A DNA stretch of 64,000 nt from Caldisericota bacterium (GTDB lineage Bacteria > Caldisericota > Caldisericia > JAAYUI01), in contig JAKPMO010000004.1 in the NCBI GenBank assembly GCA_029548865.1, forward strand, positions 96,001 through 160,000. Reading direction: 5' to 3'. Both the position numbers and the translations under genes were made by a program. Below the pieces are notes generated by a model. That model did no database searches. It worked only from the letters and a program-made list of their open reading frames with translations, and was not told the origin of the DNA. This document shows, piece by piece, positions 47,011 through 56,744 of the stretch. Every line of letters begins with the position of its first letter. The first letter of the stretch is position 1.

Positions 47011-49665
47011 ATGGAAAAAACATTGATATTGACCGAGAAGCCTTCAGTTGCCGCCGATATAGCACACGCACTAGGCGGTTTCGACAAAAAAGAGGATTTT
47101 TACGAGAGTGACGACACCTATATAACATGGGCAGTCGGTCACCTTGTAACACTGGCTGAGCCTGAAGATTATGACAAGGGTTATAAGTATTGGACTTTGC
47201 AGTCCCTTCCAATAATCCCCAATAAGTTCGAGCTCAAGCCAATCCCAAAATCTGAAAGCAGGTTGAAGAAGATAGCTTCGCTGGCAAAAAAATCATCAAC
47301 GCTTGTAAATGCCTGTGATGCTGGCCGCGAGGGTGAACTGATATTCAGGTACATCTATGAGTACCTTGGACTTGAAGCACCGACAAAAAGGTTGTGGCTC
47401 CAGTCCATGACCAAATCGGCCATTGCTGATGGTTTTGAAAGGCTTAGACCATCAAAAGAGCTGAACAACCTTGGGGAGTCGGCAAAGTGCAGATCTGAGG
47501 CCGATTGGCTCATTGGAATCAATGCAACCAGGGCCTTTACAAGGAGACTTGGCAACCTCCTCTCGATTGGCAGAGTACAGACACCAACACTCTCGATAAT
47601 CATCTCGAGGGAAAAAGAGATAAATGCCTTTGTCCCAAGGACATATTTTGATATTTTTGCAGAGTTTGAAGCCAAATCTGGTGTCTACAGGGGGAAATGG
47701 TTTATCGATGTTCCCAAGGTGTCAAAAGAAAAAAATGCACCAATAACCGATGATATTTTGGCCTCACTAGTAAAGAAATATGGCCAGATAGCTACATCTG
47801 CCCTTAAGGCCAATGATGGTGCCGTCCAGGGAGACACTGTTGAATCTGTTGGGGACAAGAAAGCTGCTGATGAGATAGTTAACAGGATCAAGGGAAAGGA
47901 AGGCAAAGTTATTGTTGAGGACCATAAGCTCCAGAAGCAGAGCCCGCCGCTCCTTTTTGATCTCAATGAACTCCAGAGAGAGGCCAATAGAAGGTTTTCA
48001 TTTTCTGCTGCCAGAACCTTGCAGCTTGCCCAGCAACTTTACGAAGAGAAAAAACTGGTCACCTACCCAAGGTCTGACAGCAAACATCTTCCCGAGGACT
48101 ACACGGATGTTGTTCCGAGAATTTTTGGCATACTTTCCCACACAAAATATGACAAGGTGGCCCTGCCACTTGTTGGCCAGAAGGTTGCAAAAAACAAGAG
48201 AATATTTGACAACAAGAAGATCTCTGACCACTTTGCAATAATCCCCACAGAAAAATCGCTTGAGGAAGTATCTCTCACTCCAGAACAGACAAAAATTTAT
48301 GATTTGATAGTGAAAAAATTCCTTGCAGCGTTCTACCCGGATGCAGTCTGGGAGGTCGTGCACAGGGTGACCCAGGTTGACGGGCTTGATTTCAAGTCCG
48401 ATGCCAAGAGTTTGAAAGAAAAAGGTTTCTACGCTGTCTATGGCAGGGAAGAGCAGGAAGAATCTTCTCTACCAGTGGTTGCAGAAGGCGAAACAGTGGA
48501 AACTGTTGCACAGGAACTACAGGAAAAACAAACAACGCCACCGCCAAGATATAACGAGGCAACCCTCCTTGGAGCAATGGAAACGGCTGGCAAGTTTATC
48601 GATGATGAGGAACTTAGAGATGCAATGAAGGAAAAAGGCCTGGGAACTCCGGCCACAAGAGCTTCTATCATCGAAAGGATACTGGAAGTTGGCTACATTG
48701 AACGTGTTGGCAGAGACCTTGTCCCAACAACAAAAGGGATAGCGCTGTACGATCTTTTGATTGGTTTCCCTCTTCCGGAACTATATTCACCAGAAATGAC
48801 CGGAAACTGGGAATACAAGCTTGCCTGTATTGAAAAAGGCGAGATGAGCCCCGAGGATTTCCTTAATGAAATTGTGGATTTCACAAAACAGCTTGTAAAC
48901 AAGGTAAAGGACAGGAGTCTTGATGCTCCAATTGCCAGCCAGGATGGCAATGGAGAGGCGAGGGCCATTGGAACTTGCCCTCTCTGCGGGGAAGATGTTG
49001 TTGACTCTTTTATGTCTTTCAGGTGTGCCAACTACAAATCCACAAAGACCAAAAAAGGCGCAAAGAAAACGAAAGCCAAGGAAGAAGATGAAGAGAGCGG
49101 GTGCAATTTTGCGATCTGGAAAACGATTGCCGGAAAAATCATTACCGAGGACATCGCAAAAGAGCTCATCGAAAAGAAGAAGGCAGGTCCTCTTTCCGGT
49201 TTCAGATCAAAATCTGGCAGGCCATTTTCTGCTACCCTTTTGCTTGGCGATGACGGTAAAATAACCTTCGAGTTCTCCAAGAGCCAGGATGAAGGTGGCC
49301 AGGAAAAAACAAAAATAGAAGAAGTCTTCCTTGAAGACCCTGTTGCAAAGTGCCCGGTCTGCAAGGCCGACATCCTCGAGGGAACCTCGGTGTACCGCTG
49401 CCAAAACTTTGGCAAGTCTTGCAAAATGTCCCTTAGTAAAGTAATTTTAGGGAAGGCCATAGCTCGCGAAACGGCCGCCAGACTTTTTGAAGAAGGCAAA
49501 ACAGAAAAGATTTCAGGCTTCATAAGTCGCAAAGGCAGACCGTTTTCTGCGTATCTGGTTTTAAAAGATGACGGGAAGGTAGGGTTTGAATTTGACAATG
49601 CAACAGGAAGGACAGCAAAAGGCGCATCCAAAGTTTCAAAGCCAAAAACTAAAAAAAGCAAATAG
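47011..49665 (+). CDS. topB: DNA topoisomerase III with C-terminal repeats
   Basis: EKPSVA, CDAGREGELI, GRVQTPTL, catalytic TYPRSD, GLGTPATRA, and two C-terminal GFxS[KR]xGRPFSA repeats. Confidence 0.93.
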   Translation: MEKTLILTEKPSVAADIAHALGGFDKKEDFYESDDTYITWAVGHLVTLAEPEDYDKGYKYWTLQSLPIIPNKFELKPIPKSESRLKKIASLAKKSSTLVNACDAGREGELIFRYIYEYLGLEAPTKRLWLQSMTKSAIADGFERLRPSKELNNLGESAKCRSEADWLIGINATRAFTRRLGNLLSIGRVQTPTLSIIISREKEINAFVPRTYFDIFAEFEAKSGVYRGKWFIDVPKVSKEKNAPITDDILASLVKKYGQIATSALKANDGAVQGDTVESVGDKKAADEIVNRIKGKEGKVIVEDHKLQKQSPPLLFDLNELQREANRRFSFSAARTLQLAQQLYEEKKLVTYPRSDSKHLPEDYTDVVPRIFGILSHTKYDKVALPLVGQKVAKNKRIFDNKKISDHFAIIPTEKSLEEVSLTPEQTKIYDLIVKKFLAAFYPDAVWEVVHRVTQVDGLDFKSDAKSLKEKGFYAVYGREEQEESSLPVVAEGETVETVAQELQEKQTTPPPRYNEATLLGAMETAGKFIDDEELRDAMKEKGLGTPATRASIIERILEVGYIERVGRDLVPTTKGIALYDLLIGFPLPELYSPEMTGNWEYKLACIEKGEMSPEDFLNEIVDFTKQLVNKVKDRSLDAPIASQDGNGEARAIGTCPLCGEDVVDSFMSFRCANYKSTKTKKGAKKTKAKEEDEESGCNFAIWKTIAGKIITEDIAKELIEKKKAGPLSGFRSKSGRPFSATLLLGDDGKITFEFSKSQDEGGQEKTKIEEVFLEDPVAKCPVCKADILEGTSVYRCQNFGKSCKMSLSKVILGKAIARETAARLFEEGKTEKISGFISRKGRPFSAYLVLKDDGKVGFEFDNATGRTAKGASKVSKPKTKKSK

Positions 49666-52153
49666 GCTTTTCTGGACAGTTTTAAGGTTCGGCCTTGCCG
49701 TCGGTTTTGTAGTGGCCATTGCCCTTGCTCTTTTCATATACAGGGTCGGATCAGATGTTGTTGCGACTTTGCCAAATCTTGATGAACAGAAGAGGCCGCC
49801 AGTGGCGTCCCAGATATTTGATTACGACAACCAACTAATAGGCTCCGTCTTTTTTGAGGACAGGATACCTGTAAAGATAAGTGAAGTTTCAAAGGATTTC
49901 CTCAACACAATAGTGACCTCTGAGGATGAAAGGTTTTACCAGCATAAGGGTTTTGATCTTCGTTCAATCTTCAGGGCATTTTTTGTCAACATAAAGACAG
50001 GTTCCATGAGTCAGGGTGGTTCTACGCTGACCCAACAGGTTGCCCGTTCGGAGCTTTTTATAGACAGCAAAGAAACTTCGGTCACAAGGAAGATCAAGGA
50101 AATAATACTGGCATTCAAGCTTGAGCAGCGTTACACAAAAGAAGAGATTCTAGAAGCCTATGTCAACCAGATATTCTTTGGGTTTGGCTCCTATGGTGTG
50201 GAATCTGCAGCTAGAAACTATTTTGGAAAACATGCAAAAGACCTTAACTATGCAGAAAGCTCCCTTCTCGTGGCGATCCTTCCTGCCCCTTCGGTCGACA
50301 ATCCGATAATCAACCTTGCTGGTACAAAAGAGCGCCAGAAAAACGTTTTGCGGAAACTTGTTGTAAATAATGTAATAACTGAAGAAGAATCGAAGAAATA
50401 TTTTGAGGTGCCGTACCAAAGAAAATCTTTCAGGGAAGTCGGGGACAACGATTCTGTAAACTACTTCATCGACTACGTCAAAGCCGAGATGGAGAAGCGC
50501 TACGATCCAAAGGACCTGAAAGAGGGTGGCCTCAGGATCAAGACAACGCTTATCAGGTCCTACCAAAAATATGCCGAGAACGCCATGAGAAATGTGTTTG
50601 CAAAAGCTGAAAAAAGTGGCGAATTCTCCTCAAAAGTTTTTGATGAATTTGGTGTAAAACAGCCACAGGCTTGTTTTGTGGCAATGAACCCCCGCAATGG
50701 GTATGTTCTCGCGATGGTTGGTGGAAGAGACTACAAAAACACAAAGTGGAACCGCACAACAGCAGAAAGACACCCCGGCTCGTCATTCAAGATTTTTGAC
50801 TACTCGGCCGCACTTGAGAACAAATCTGTTACCCCTGCTTCCATCCTCAAGTCAGACTACAGCTTCAACGTGAATGGATGGAACCCGGGTGAATGGAATT
50901 ACAGCGTTACCAACAAGCTTTATACTGTAAGAGGCGCACTTTTGACCTCTTCGAACGTCTGTGCATTGAGAGCGGGCCTTAGGGTTGGATTAGATAGAGT
51001 CGCTTATTATGCAGCCAAAATGGGCCTCAAGACCCCAATAATGCCTTACCCTTCAATCACCGTTGGTTCAGTTGAAGTCAGACCTGTTGATATGTGTACT
51101 GCCTATGCCTCCCTCGCTTCAGGTGGAATTCGTCATGATCCGGTTGCCATACTGGAAGTACAAAACAGGGACGGGATAATAATCGAGCGCTATCAGGGCA
51201 CAGGTTTTAGAGTCCTCTCCGAAGAAACAGCGTGGATACTTGGAAATATTTTTCAAGATGTTTTACACTCTATTCTTGGCTCCACAATAAAAACACCGGC
51301 GGCTGGAAAAACTGGTACTTCTACTGGTTCACTCAATGCCTGGTATTGTTGCTTTACACCAGAAATAACTGTTACCTGCTATGTTGGAAAAGACTCGAAA
51401 AAAGTCATGAGTGCTGTCAACACAATCATCTGGGGTTCTTCAATGGCAGCTCCAATGGCAAGAGATTTTGTAAATGCCTGCCTCACTGACAAAAAACATC
51501 CTCTGCCAAAAACCCCATTCCCACCTGCACCAAAAGGCATGACTGGAAGTATTTTCTGTAAAACATCCGGCGAGCTTGTCAATGGTTTTTGCCCAAGGGA
51601 CCAGATTAGCAGCGATTATTTCTTTGCCGGGACCACACCTGACACTCCATGCCAATACCACAAACAGGGCGTTTTCCCATACAACGTTGTTGAAGAAATT
51701 GTTGACGGGAAAAAATATTATTATAAACCCGGAAACTCCTGGTGTGTGACAAAAGAAGTTCTCCTTTCAAAAGATGTTTACGAAAAACTCCAGACAAAAT
51801 CTGATTGTCCGGCATTGATCAACCTTACCATCTCCGACCAATCAGGCCAGCTGATGCAGGAGCCATACTCACTTTCCAAGGGCAATATCTACAACCTTGA
51901 TGTTTCCATACCACAGGATGTCCTTGGAAAATTCAACGAAATAGATGTCTATTTTGGTGATATGAGGGTAAAGAAATGGCAAGAGGGTGATCTTGATTCC
52001 GATACAGGTCAAAAAGTGGAATTCAGCTCACCGCTCAATGCCATGTTTGCTGTGTCTCCAGATGATGCAGACAAAACAAAAAAATTGATTTTTGAGATAA
52101 GGGGCCCAGGCGGCTTTTATCTCAAAAAAACTTTTGATGTGGGGATAAGCTAG
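49598..52153 (+). CDS. Class A (bifunctional) penicillin-binding protein, PBP1A family
   Basis: TM anchor; glycosyltransferase EDERFYQHKG and GGSTLTQQ; transpeptidase SSFK, SSN and KTG. The start is uncertain (49586 TTG or 49598 ATG). Confidence 0.93.
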   Translation: MQQEGQQKAHPKFQSQKLKKANRLFWTVLRFGLAVGFVVAIALALFIYRVGSDVVATLPNLDEQKRPPVASQIFDYDNQLIGSVFFEDRIPVKISEVSKDFLNTIVTSEDERFYQHKGFDLRSIFRAFFVNIKTGSMSQGGSTLTQQVARSELFIDSKETSVTRKIKEIILAFKLEQRYTKEEILEAYVNQIFFGFGSYGVESAARNYFGKHAKDLNYAESSLLVAILPAPSVDNPIINLAGTKERQKNVLRKLVVNNVITEEESKKYFEVPYQRKSFREVGDNDSVNYFIDYVKAEMEKRYDPKDLKEGGLRIKTTLIRSYQKYAENAMRNVFAKAEKSGEFSSKVFDEFGVKQPQACFVAMNPRNGYVLAMVGGRDYKNTKWNRTTAERHPGSSFKIFDYSAALENKSVTPASILKSDYSFNVNGWNPGEWNYSVTNKLYTVRGALLTSSNVCALRAGLRVGLDRVAYYAAKMGLKTPIMPYPSITVGSVEVRPVDMCTAYASLASGGIRHDPVAILEVQNRDGIIIERYQGTGFRVLSEETAWILGNIFQDVLHSILGSTIKTPAAGKTGTSTGSLNAWYCCFTPEITVTCYVGKDSKKVMSAVNTIIWGSSMAAPMARDFVNACLTDKKHPLPKTPFPPAPKGMTGSIFCKTSGELVNGFCPRDQISSDYFFAGTTPDTPCQYHKQGVFPYNVVEEIVDGKKYYYKPGNSWCVTKEVLLSKDVYEKLQTKSDCPALINLTISDQSGQLMQEPYSLSKGNIYNLDVSIPQDVLGKFNEIDVYFGDMRVKKWQEGDLDSDTGQKVEFSSPLNAMFAVSPDDADKTKKLIFEIRGPGGFYLKKTFDVGIS

Positions 52154-52160
52154 GCTGGCG

Positions 52161-54869
52161 ATGCTCCCAGTTCCACTACCAAGAACAAAAACGAAAAAAC
52201 CCAGAGGATTCCCGTTTCTGGGTTTTTTCGTGCTTATTATTCTGGTGGTAGTTTTTTCTGCGGCCTTCTACCTTGCGTTCATTGTTTCAGACTATGATGT
52301 CAGGTGGCTGCCCACAATCCTTGACCCACAAAACCATAAACCGCCAAATCCCCACGAGACTGTAAATGAAACAAACAGGATCTTTGATGCCGAGGGGAAC
52401 CTTATCCATGAGTTCCATGGCGATGAGGACAGGATATATGTCCCGCTCGAACAAATTTCCGAATGGGCCAGAAAAGCAATCATCGCGTCTGAAGATGTAA
52501 GGTTTTATTACCACAAGGGTTTTGACATGAGGGCCACACTGAGAGCATTTTTCAAAAATGTCCAGACGCGAGAAGCCTCTGAGGGTGGCTCAACTATCAC
52601 CCAGCAGCTTGCCAGAAACATGTACCTTGGAACTGGGAAAACCCTTTCAAACGAGAGGACTTTTACAAGAAAGCTAAAAGAGTTGCTGCTGGCTCGAAAA
52701 ATAGAGCAAGCCTACTCTAAAAATGAAATCCTCGAATTCTACCTGAATCAGGTCTACTTTGGCTCAAGGGCCTACGGAATAGAGTCTGCGGCAAAGAGAT
52801 ATTTTGGCATTCCAGCCAAAAACCTTACGCTTGCACAGTCATCGATGCTTGCAGGCGTCCTGTCTTCGCCATCATTTAATAACCCGTATGACAATCTGGC
52901 AGAGGCCAAAAAAGCGCAGGAAGTTGTTCTCGAAAAGATGGCCAAAAATGGTTTTATAACCGATGTCCAGATGGAAAAGGCATCAAAGGAGAAGCTCAAT
53001 TTCCGGCCATATTCCATCCAGCTTAAGGCTGGCGATTCCCTAGGTTATTTCATAGATTACGTCAAAGACGAGCTTTACGACAAACTTGGAGAGTTCCCAA
53101 TCAAAAAGGGTGGCCTAGACATATACACAACCATAAACCAGGACTGCCAAAAGTATGCCGTTCAAGCCGTTAACAAAGTCCTTGGAGAAGCCATAAAAGC
53201 TGGTGATTTTGGCAAAATTCAAAAAGATAAGCTTGGAGTTGAACAGCCGCAGGTGGCCCTTTGTGCCATTGATGCCGATACTGGCCAGATACAGGCAATG
53301 GTTGGCGGAAGGGACTACAAGAACACCCAATACAACAGGTGCACAGCGTTAAGACAGCCTGGCTCTTCATTTAAAATACTTGTTTACAGCGCCGCACTCC
53401 AGCATGGCGTCCTCTCACCATCAAGTCTGGTCCGCTCCAGCCCGATTTCAATTGGTGACTGGCAGCCAAAGGAATGGTTCAGGGGATATTTTGGAACTGT
53501 AACAGTCAAATATGCTCTCCAGGAATCAAGCAATATCTGTGCAATAAGGGCAGCTCTGAAGGTCGGGCTTGGCAATGTTGTCGCGACAGCCAAAAAAATG
53601 GGCATCAGCACATCAAAATTGCTTGCCGTGCCATCTATTGCCATTGGCTATGTAGAGGTCAAACCCATCGAAATGGCTTCCGTTGGCCAAACTATTTCAA
53701 ACTATGGAACCCACATACCACCAATTGCCATCAAGAGGATAGAGAACAGAAAAACAGGCAAGACCATTGACCCTGCCTATGGGCAACCAACCAGGGCAAT
53801 CGATGAGCCAACAGCATACGACATGATCTCGATGCTGAAGAATGTTGTTGAGCGAGGCACTGGGATGTCGGCCAAAGTGCCAGGCGTCCCGTGCGCTGGC
53901 AAAACAGGAACTACAGGCTCCTTTAGAGATGGCTGGTTTGTTGGCTTTACCCCTGAAATCTCTGCCTCGGTTTACCTTGGCTCTGACTCCAGAGAGGTTG
54001 ATTTGTCATTTGTTTCCAACTATGGATCAAAATATTCAGCACGCATCTGGAAAGAGTTTATTTCGATGTATTCAAAGGGCAGGACGATCAAGGACTGGGT
54101 GGACAAAAACCCTGATGATTACGTCAGAGTGAGGGTCTGTGAGGAAACTGGTCTTATAGCAAACGACACCTGCCCGGGCTATTACATGCTTGTAAGAAAG
54201 AGCAAGATGCCCAGTGAGAGATGTAAAATAGACCACCCAAAGAAGATTTTTGTAACAATATGCAAAGAAACCAAGCTCCTGGCCAATCAATATTGCCCTG
54301 AAAAAGAAAAGGTTGAGTTTGAGCTTGGCAAGGAACCAAAAAAGTTTTGCGAAGTCCATAAAAAACCTGAAGACAAGAAACCTGAAGAACAGGACAAACA
54401 AACCGATGAAGAAAAGCAGTCTTCAGGGAAAGACACCCAGAAACCACCCACCAAAAAGCCTTCCACCGAGAAGCCTGGCAATGGAGGAAAAGACACGACT
54501 CCCGGCACAAAACCACCAATTGACAAGCCAAATCCAGAGCCACAACCCCAACCTGAACCGGAGCCACAGCCGCAGCCAGAGCCTGAGCCCCAACCTGAAC
54601 CGGAGCCAAGGTACTTTTTTGTCTCCCCAAGCCAGGCCTCAGCCTCAGTTGGTGAATTTGTCAGGTTTGACTACGTTTTCAATTACGAAGGGGTCAGCTG
54701 GGTAACGATGTATGTGGACGGTGTCCAGGTGGACACAGCAACGAGCTTCCCATGGTCAATTGTCTGGGCGCCGAGATCGGCCAAAACCTATAATCTCCTT
54801 TTTATTCTCTACAATGATGCGGGTGGAAGGGTGGCCGAGTATTCAAGGTCATACACGGTGTACCCATGA
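52161..54869 (+). CDS. Class A PBP (PBP1A family) with Cys-rich repeats, a Pro/Glu/Gln linker and a C-terminal Ig-like domain
   Basis: EDVRFYYHKG, GGSTITQQ, SSFK, SSN and KTGT; paralog of the upstream PBP. Confidence 0.93.
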   Translation: MLPVPLPRTKTKKPRGFPFLGFFVLIILVVVFSAAFYLAFIVSDYDVRWLPTILDPQNHKPPNPHETVNETNRIFDAEGNLIHEFHGDEDRIYVPLEQISEWARKAIIASEDVRFYYHKGFDMRATLRAFFKNVQTREASEGGSTITQQLARNMYLGTGKTLSNERTFTRKLKELLLARKIEQAYSKNEILEFYLNQVYFGSRAYGIESAAKRYFGIPAKNLTLAQSSMLAGVLSSPSFNNPYDNLAEAKKAQEVVLEKMAKNGFITDVQMEKASKEKLNFRPYSIQLKAGDSLGYFIDYVKDELYDKLGEFPIKKGGLDIYTTINQDCQKYAVQAVNKVLGEAIKAGDFGKIQKDKLGVEQPQVALCAIDADTGQIQAMVGGRDYKNTQYNRCTALRQPGSSFKILVYSAALQHGVLSPSSLVRSSPISIGDWQPKEWFRGYFGTVTVKYALQESSNICAIRAALKVGLGNVVATAKKMGISTSKLLAVPSIAIGYVEVKPIEMASVGQTISNYGTHIPPIAIKRIENRKTGKTIDPAYGQPTRAIDEPTAYDMISMLKNVVERGTGMSAKVPGVPCAGKTGTTGSFRDGWFVGFTPEISASVYLGSDSREVDLSFVSNYGSKYSARIWKEFISMYSKGRTIKDWVDKNPDDYVRVRVCEETGLIANDTCPGYYMLVRKSKMPSERCKIDHPKKIFVTICKETKLLANQYCPEKEKVEFELGKEPKKFCEVHKKPEDKKPEEQDKQTDEEKQSSGKDTQKPPTKKPSTEKPGNGGKDTTPGTKPPIDKPNPEPQPQPEPEPQPQPEPEPQPEPEPRYFFVSPSQASASVGEFVRFDYVFNYEGVSWVTMYVDGVQVDTATSFPWSIVWAPRSAKTYNLLFILYNDAGGRVAEYSRSYTVYP
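54534..54608 (+). repeat. Coding low-complexity PEPQPQ-type repeat
   Basis: PEPQPQPEPEPQPQPEPEPQPEPEP; the 21-bp direct repeat CCCCAACCTGAACCGGAGCCA occurs at 54546 and 54588. Confidence 0.85.
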
Positions 54870-55468
54870 GTGGTAAATTCATTGTTTTTGAGGGTGTTGA
54901 CGGCGCAGGAAAAACCACACAGATGAAACTCCTTCACAAAAAACTCACAACTATAGGGCATGATTGCATCATGACTTACGAGCCTGGTGACAATTCGGTT
55001 GGTGTGAGTGTCAGAAAGTTTCTGATAGAAAAGGACCTTGATGCAGTTTCGGAGGCACTCCTTTTTGCTTTTGACAGGGCTGTTCATATAAGGGAGGTTG
55101 TGCGTCCCGCCATCGATGAAGGCAAGATAGTGCTTTGTGACAGGTTTCTTATGTCCTCGCTGGTTTACCAGGGGATTGCCAGGGGGCTTGGTGAAGAATG
55201 GATAAACGAAATAAACAGCAAGGGGCTGGGAGGGCTTGTCCCAGACGTAACTTTGGTATTTGATATCGCAGTTGACATGGCTCTCAAAAGAGTTCAAAAT
55301 GCTAACAGGTTTGAGAACACTTCCCTGCAGGAAAAGGTGAGGGAAGGATTTATAAAAAAATCAGGAGAGACCCCAAACACTTTCCTAATTGAAGCTGGCA
55401 GGAGCGAAGAAGAGGTGTTCCTCTCAGTGTGGGAAAAGGTTTCGTGGTTGCTCAAGGAGGAAAAATGA
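54866..55468 (+). CDS. tmk: Thymidylate kinase
   Basis: FEGVDGAGKTT, EPG and LCDRFLMSSLVYQG. Confidence 0.97.
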   Translation: MSGKFIVFEGVDGAGKTTQMKLLHKKLTTIGHDCIMTYEPGDNSVGVSVRKFLIEKDLDAVSEALLFAFDRAVHIREVVRPAIDEGKIVLCDRFLMSSLVYQGIARGLGEEWINEINSKGLGGLVPDVTLVFDIAVDMALKRVQNANRFENTSLQEKVREGFIKKSGETPNTFLIEAGRSEEEVFLSVWEKVSWLLKEEK

Positions 55469-55794
55469 AACTTATTGCCGCAATAATCCAGCAGGAAGAC
55501 GCAAACGAAGCAACTGCAGAACTTCTCCAGAACGGCTATAAAATAACAAAGCTAAGAGGTATTGGCGGTTTTCTTGAAGAGGGCAACCTTGTTCTTTTGA
55601 TTGGTGTCGAAGACGCCCATGTACCAAAGGTTCTCCAGATTTTTCAGAAAACATGTGTTGCAAGAGACAGATACATCAACGCCCTGCCGTTTGTCCCGAT
55701 GGAGGGAATGCCACCACTTTCGTTCCCGGTGAAAGTGACCGTTGGTGGCGCAAAGATTTTCGTGCTTCCTGTCGAAGAATTCCACATGCTGTGA
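55465..55794 (+). CDS. darA: PII-like cyclic-di-AMP receptor (DarA/PstA/YaaQ family)
   Basis: MKLIAAIIQQEDA, GGFLEEGN and VTVGGAKIFVLPVE; conserved position between tmk and holB; AGGAGG RBS. Confidence 0.88.
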   Translation: MKLIAAIIQQEDANEATAELLQNGYKITKLRGIGGFLEEGNLVLLIGVEDAHVPKVLQIFQKTCVARDRYINALPFVPMEGMPPLSFPVKVTVGGAKIFVLPVEEFHML

Positions 55795-56744
55795 TGGGTC
55801 TTTCGGATTTACCCATACAACCGTTTTTTACCAAGCGTTTTAAAAACCACATAGCTTCGCTAAGGGTTTCTGCAAGCTATATATTTGTTGGGACAGAGTC
55901 AAGGGGTGCCTCCATTTTGGCGAGGGCCTTTGCAAAAACGCTAAACTGTGAGAAGCAGGATTCCGATTTTTGTGGCGTTTGCCATTCATGCAGGATGATT
56001 GAAGCCCAGACGCATCCTGATGTGAAGATCTATGATCCCGGCGATGCAAGATTTGGAATAGGTCTTGCAAGACAAGTGCAGCAGGAATCGATGGAGTCCA
56101 ATTATAGCGCCAGGTACAGGGTGAACATCCTCAAGAACGCACACTCCATGACGACTGAGGCCCAGAACGCCCTGCTCAAGCTTCTTGAGGACGGAAAGCC
56201 AAACTGCACCAACGTTCTCCTTTCGGAGAGTCTTGACGAGATACTGCCAACGATACAGTCAAGATCAATCATTTTGAGGTTGCCGCCACTCCCTGTCGGC
56301 CCTTCTGCCGCCCTGCTTGTTGAAAAAGGTCTTGCAGAAGAAATTGCAAAAAGGGAGTCTGAAAGTTTTCTGGGCGACATCTCTCTTAGCGCGTGGATGG
56401 CGGAAAACACAGAGAAAACTGAACAGCTGCTTCAGGTCATGACAAGTTTTGGCGAAGGTACAGTTCTCCCTTTGCTTGCTGTTCTTGAAGATGATGAAAA
56501 TCTCGAATATATTTTGCACTTGGTGCGAGAAGTTCTCCATAGGGCGGTCCTTCTGAAACACGGAATTCATATTGATGGTGCATTCCTTGAGAAGGCTGTT
56601 CCAAAAATTGCCAGCATGCCTCAAGAGAGGCTGCAAACAATTGAGAGGGCCCTCGCAGAAACGGAAAGGTTATGGAAGACACAATCGAAAAAAACGACGT
56701 TGGCACAGGCAATGTTCCTGAGGGCATGGACGTCGTCGGCATAA
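55794..56744 (+). CDS. holB: DNA polymerase III delta' subunit
   Basis: Zn motif C...CGVCHSC, HPDV, AQNALLKLLE and LPTIQSR; TGATG coupling with darA. Confidence 0.9.
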   Translation: MGLSDLPIQPFFTKRFKNHIASLRVSASYIFVGTESRGASILARAFAKTLNCEKQDSDFCGVCHSCRMIEAQTHPDVKIYDPGDARFGIGLARQVQQESMESNYSARYRVNILKNAHSMTTEAQNALLKLLEDGKPNCTNVLLSESLDEILPTIQSRSIILRLPPLPVGPSAALLVEKGLAEEIAKRESESFLGDISLSAWMAENTEKTEQLLQVMTSFGEGTVLPLLAVLEDDENLEYILHLVREVLHRAVLLKHGIHIDGAFLEKAVPKIASMPQERLQTIERALAETERLWKTQSKKTTLAQAMFLRAWTSSA

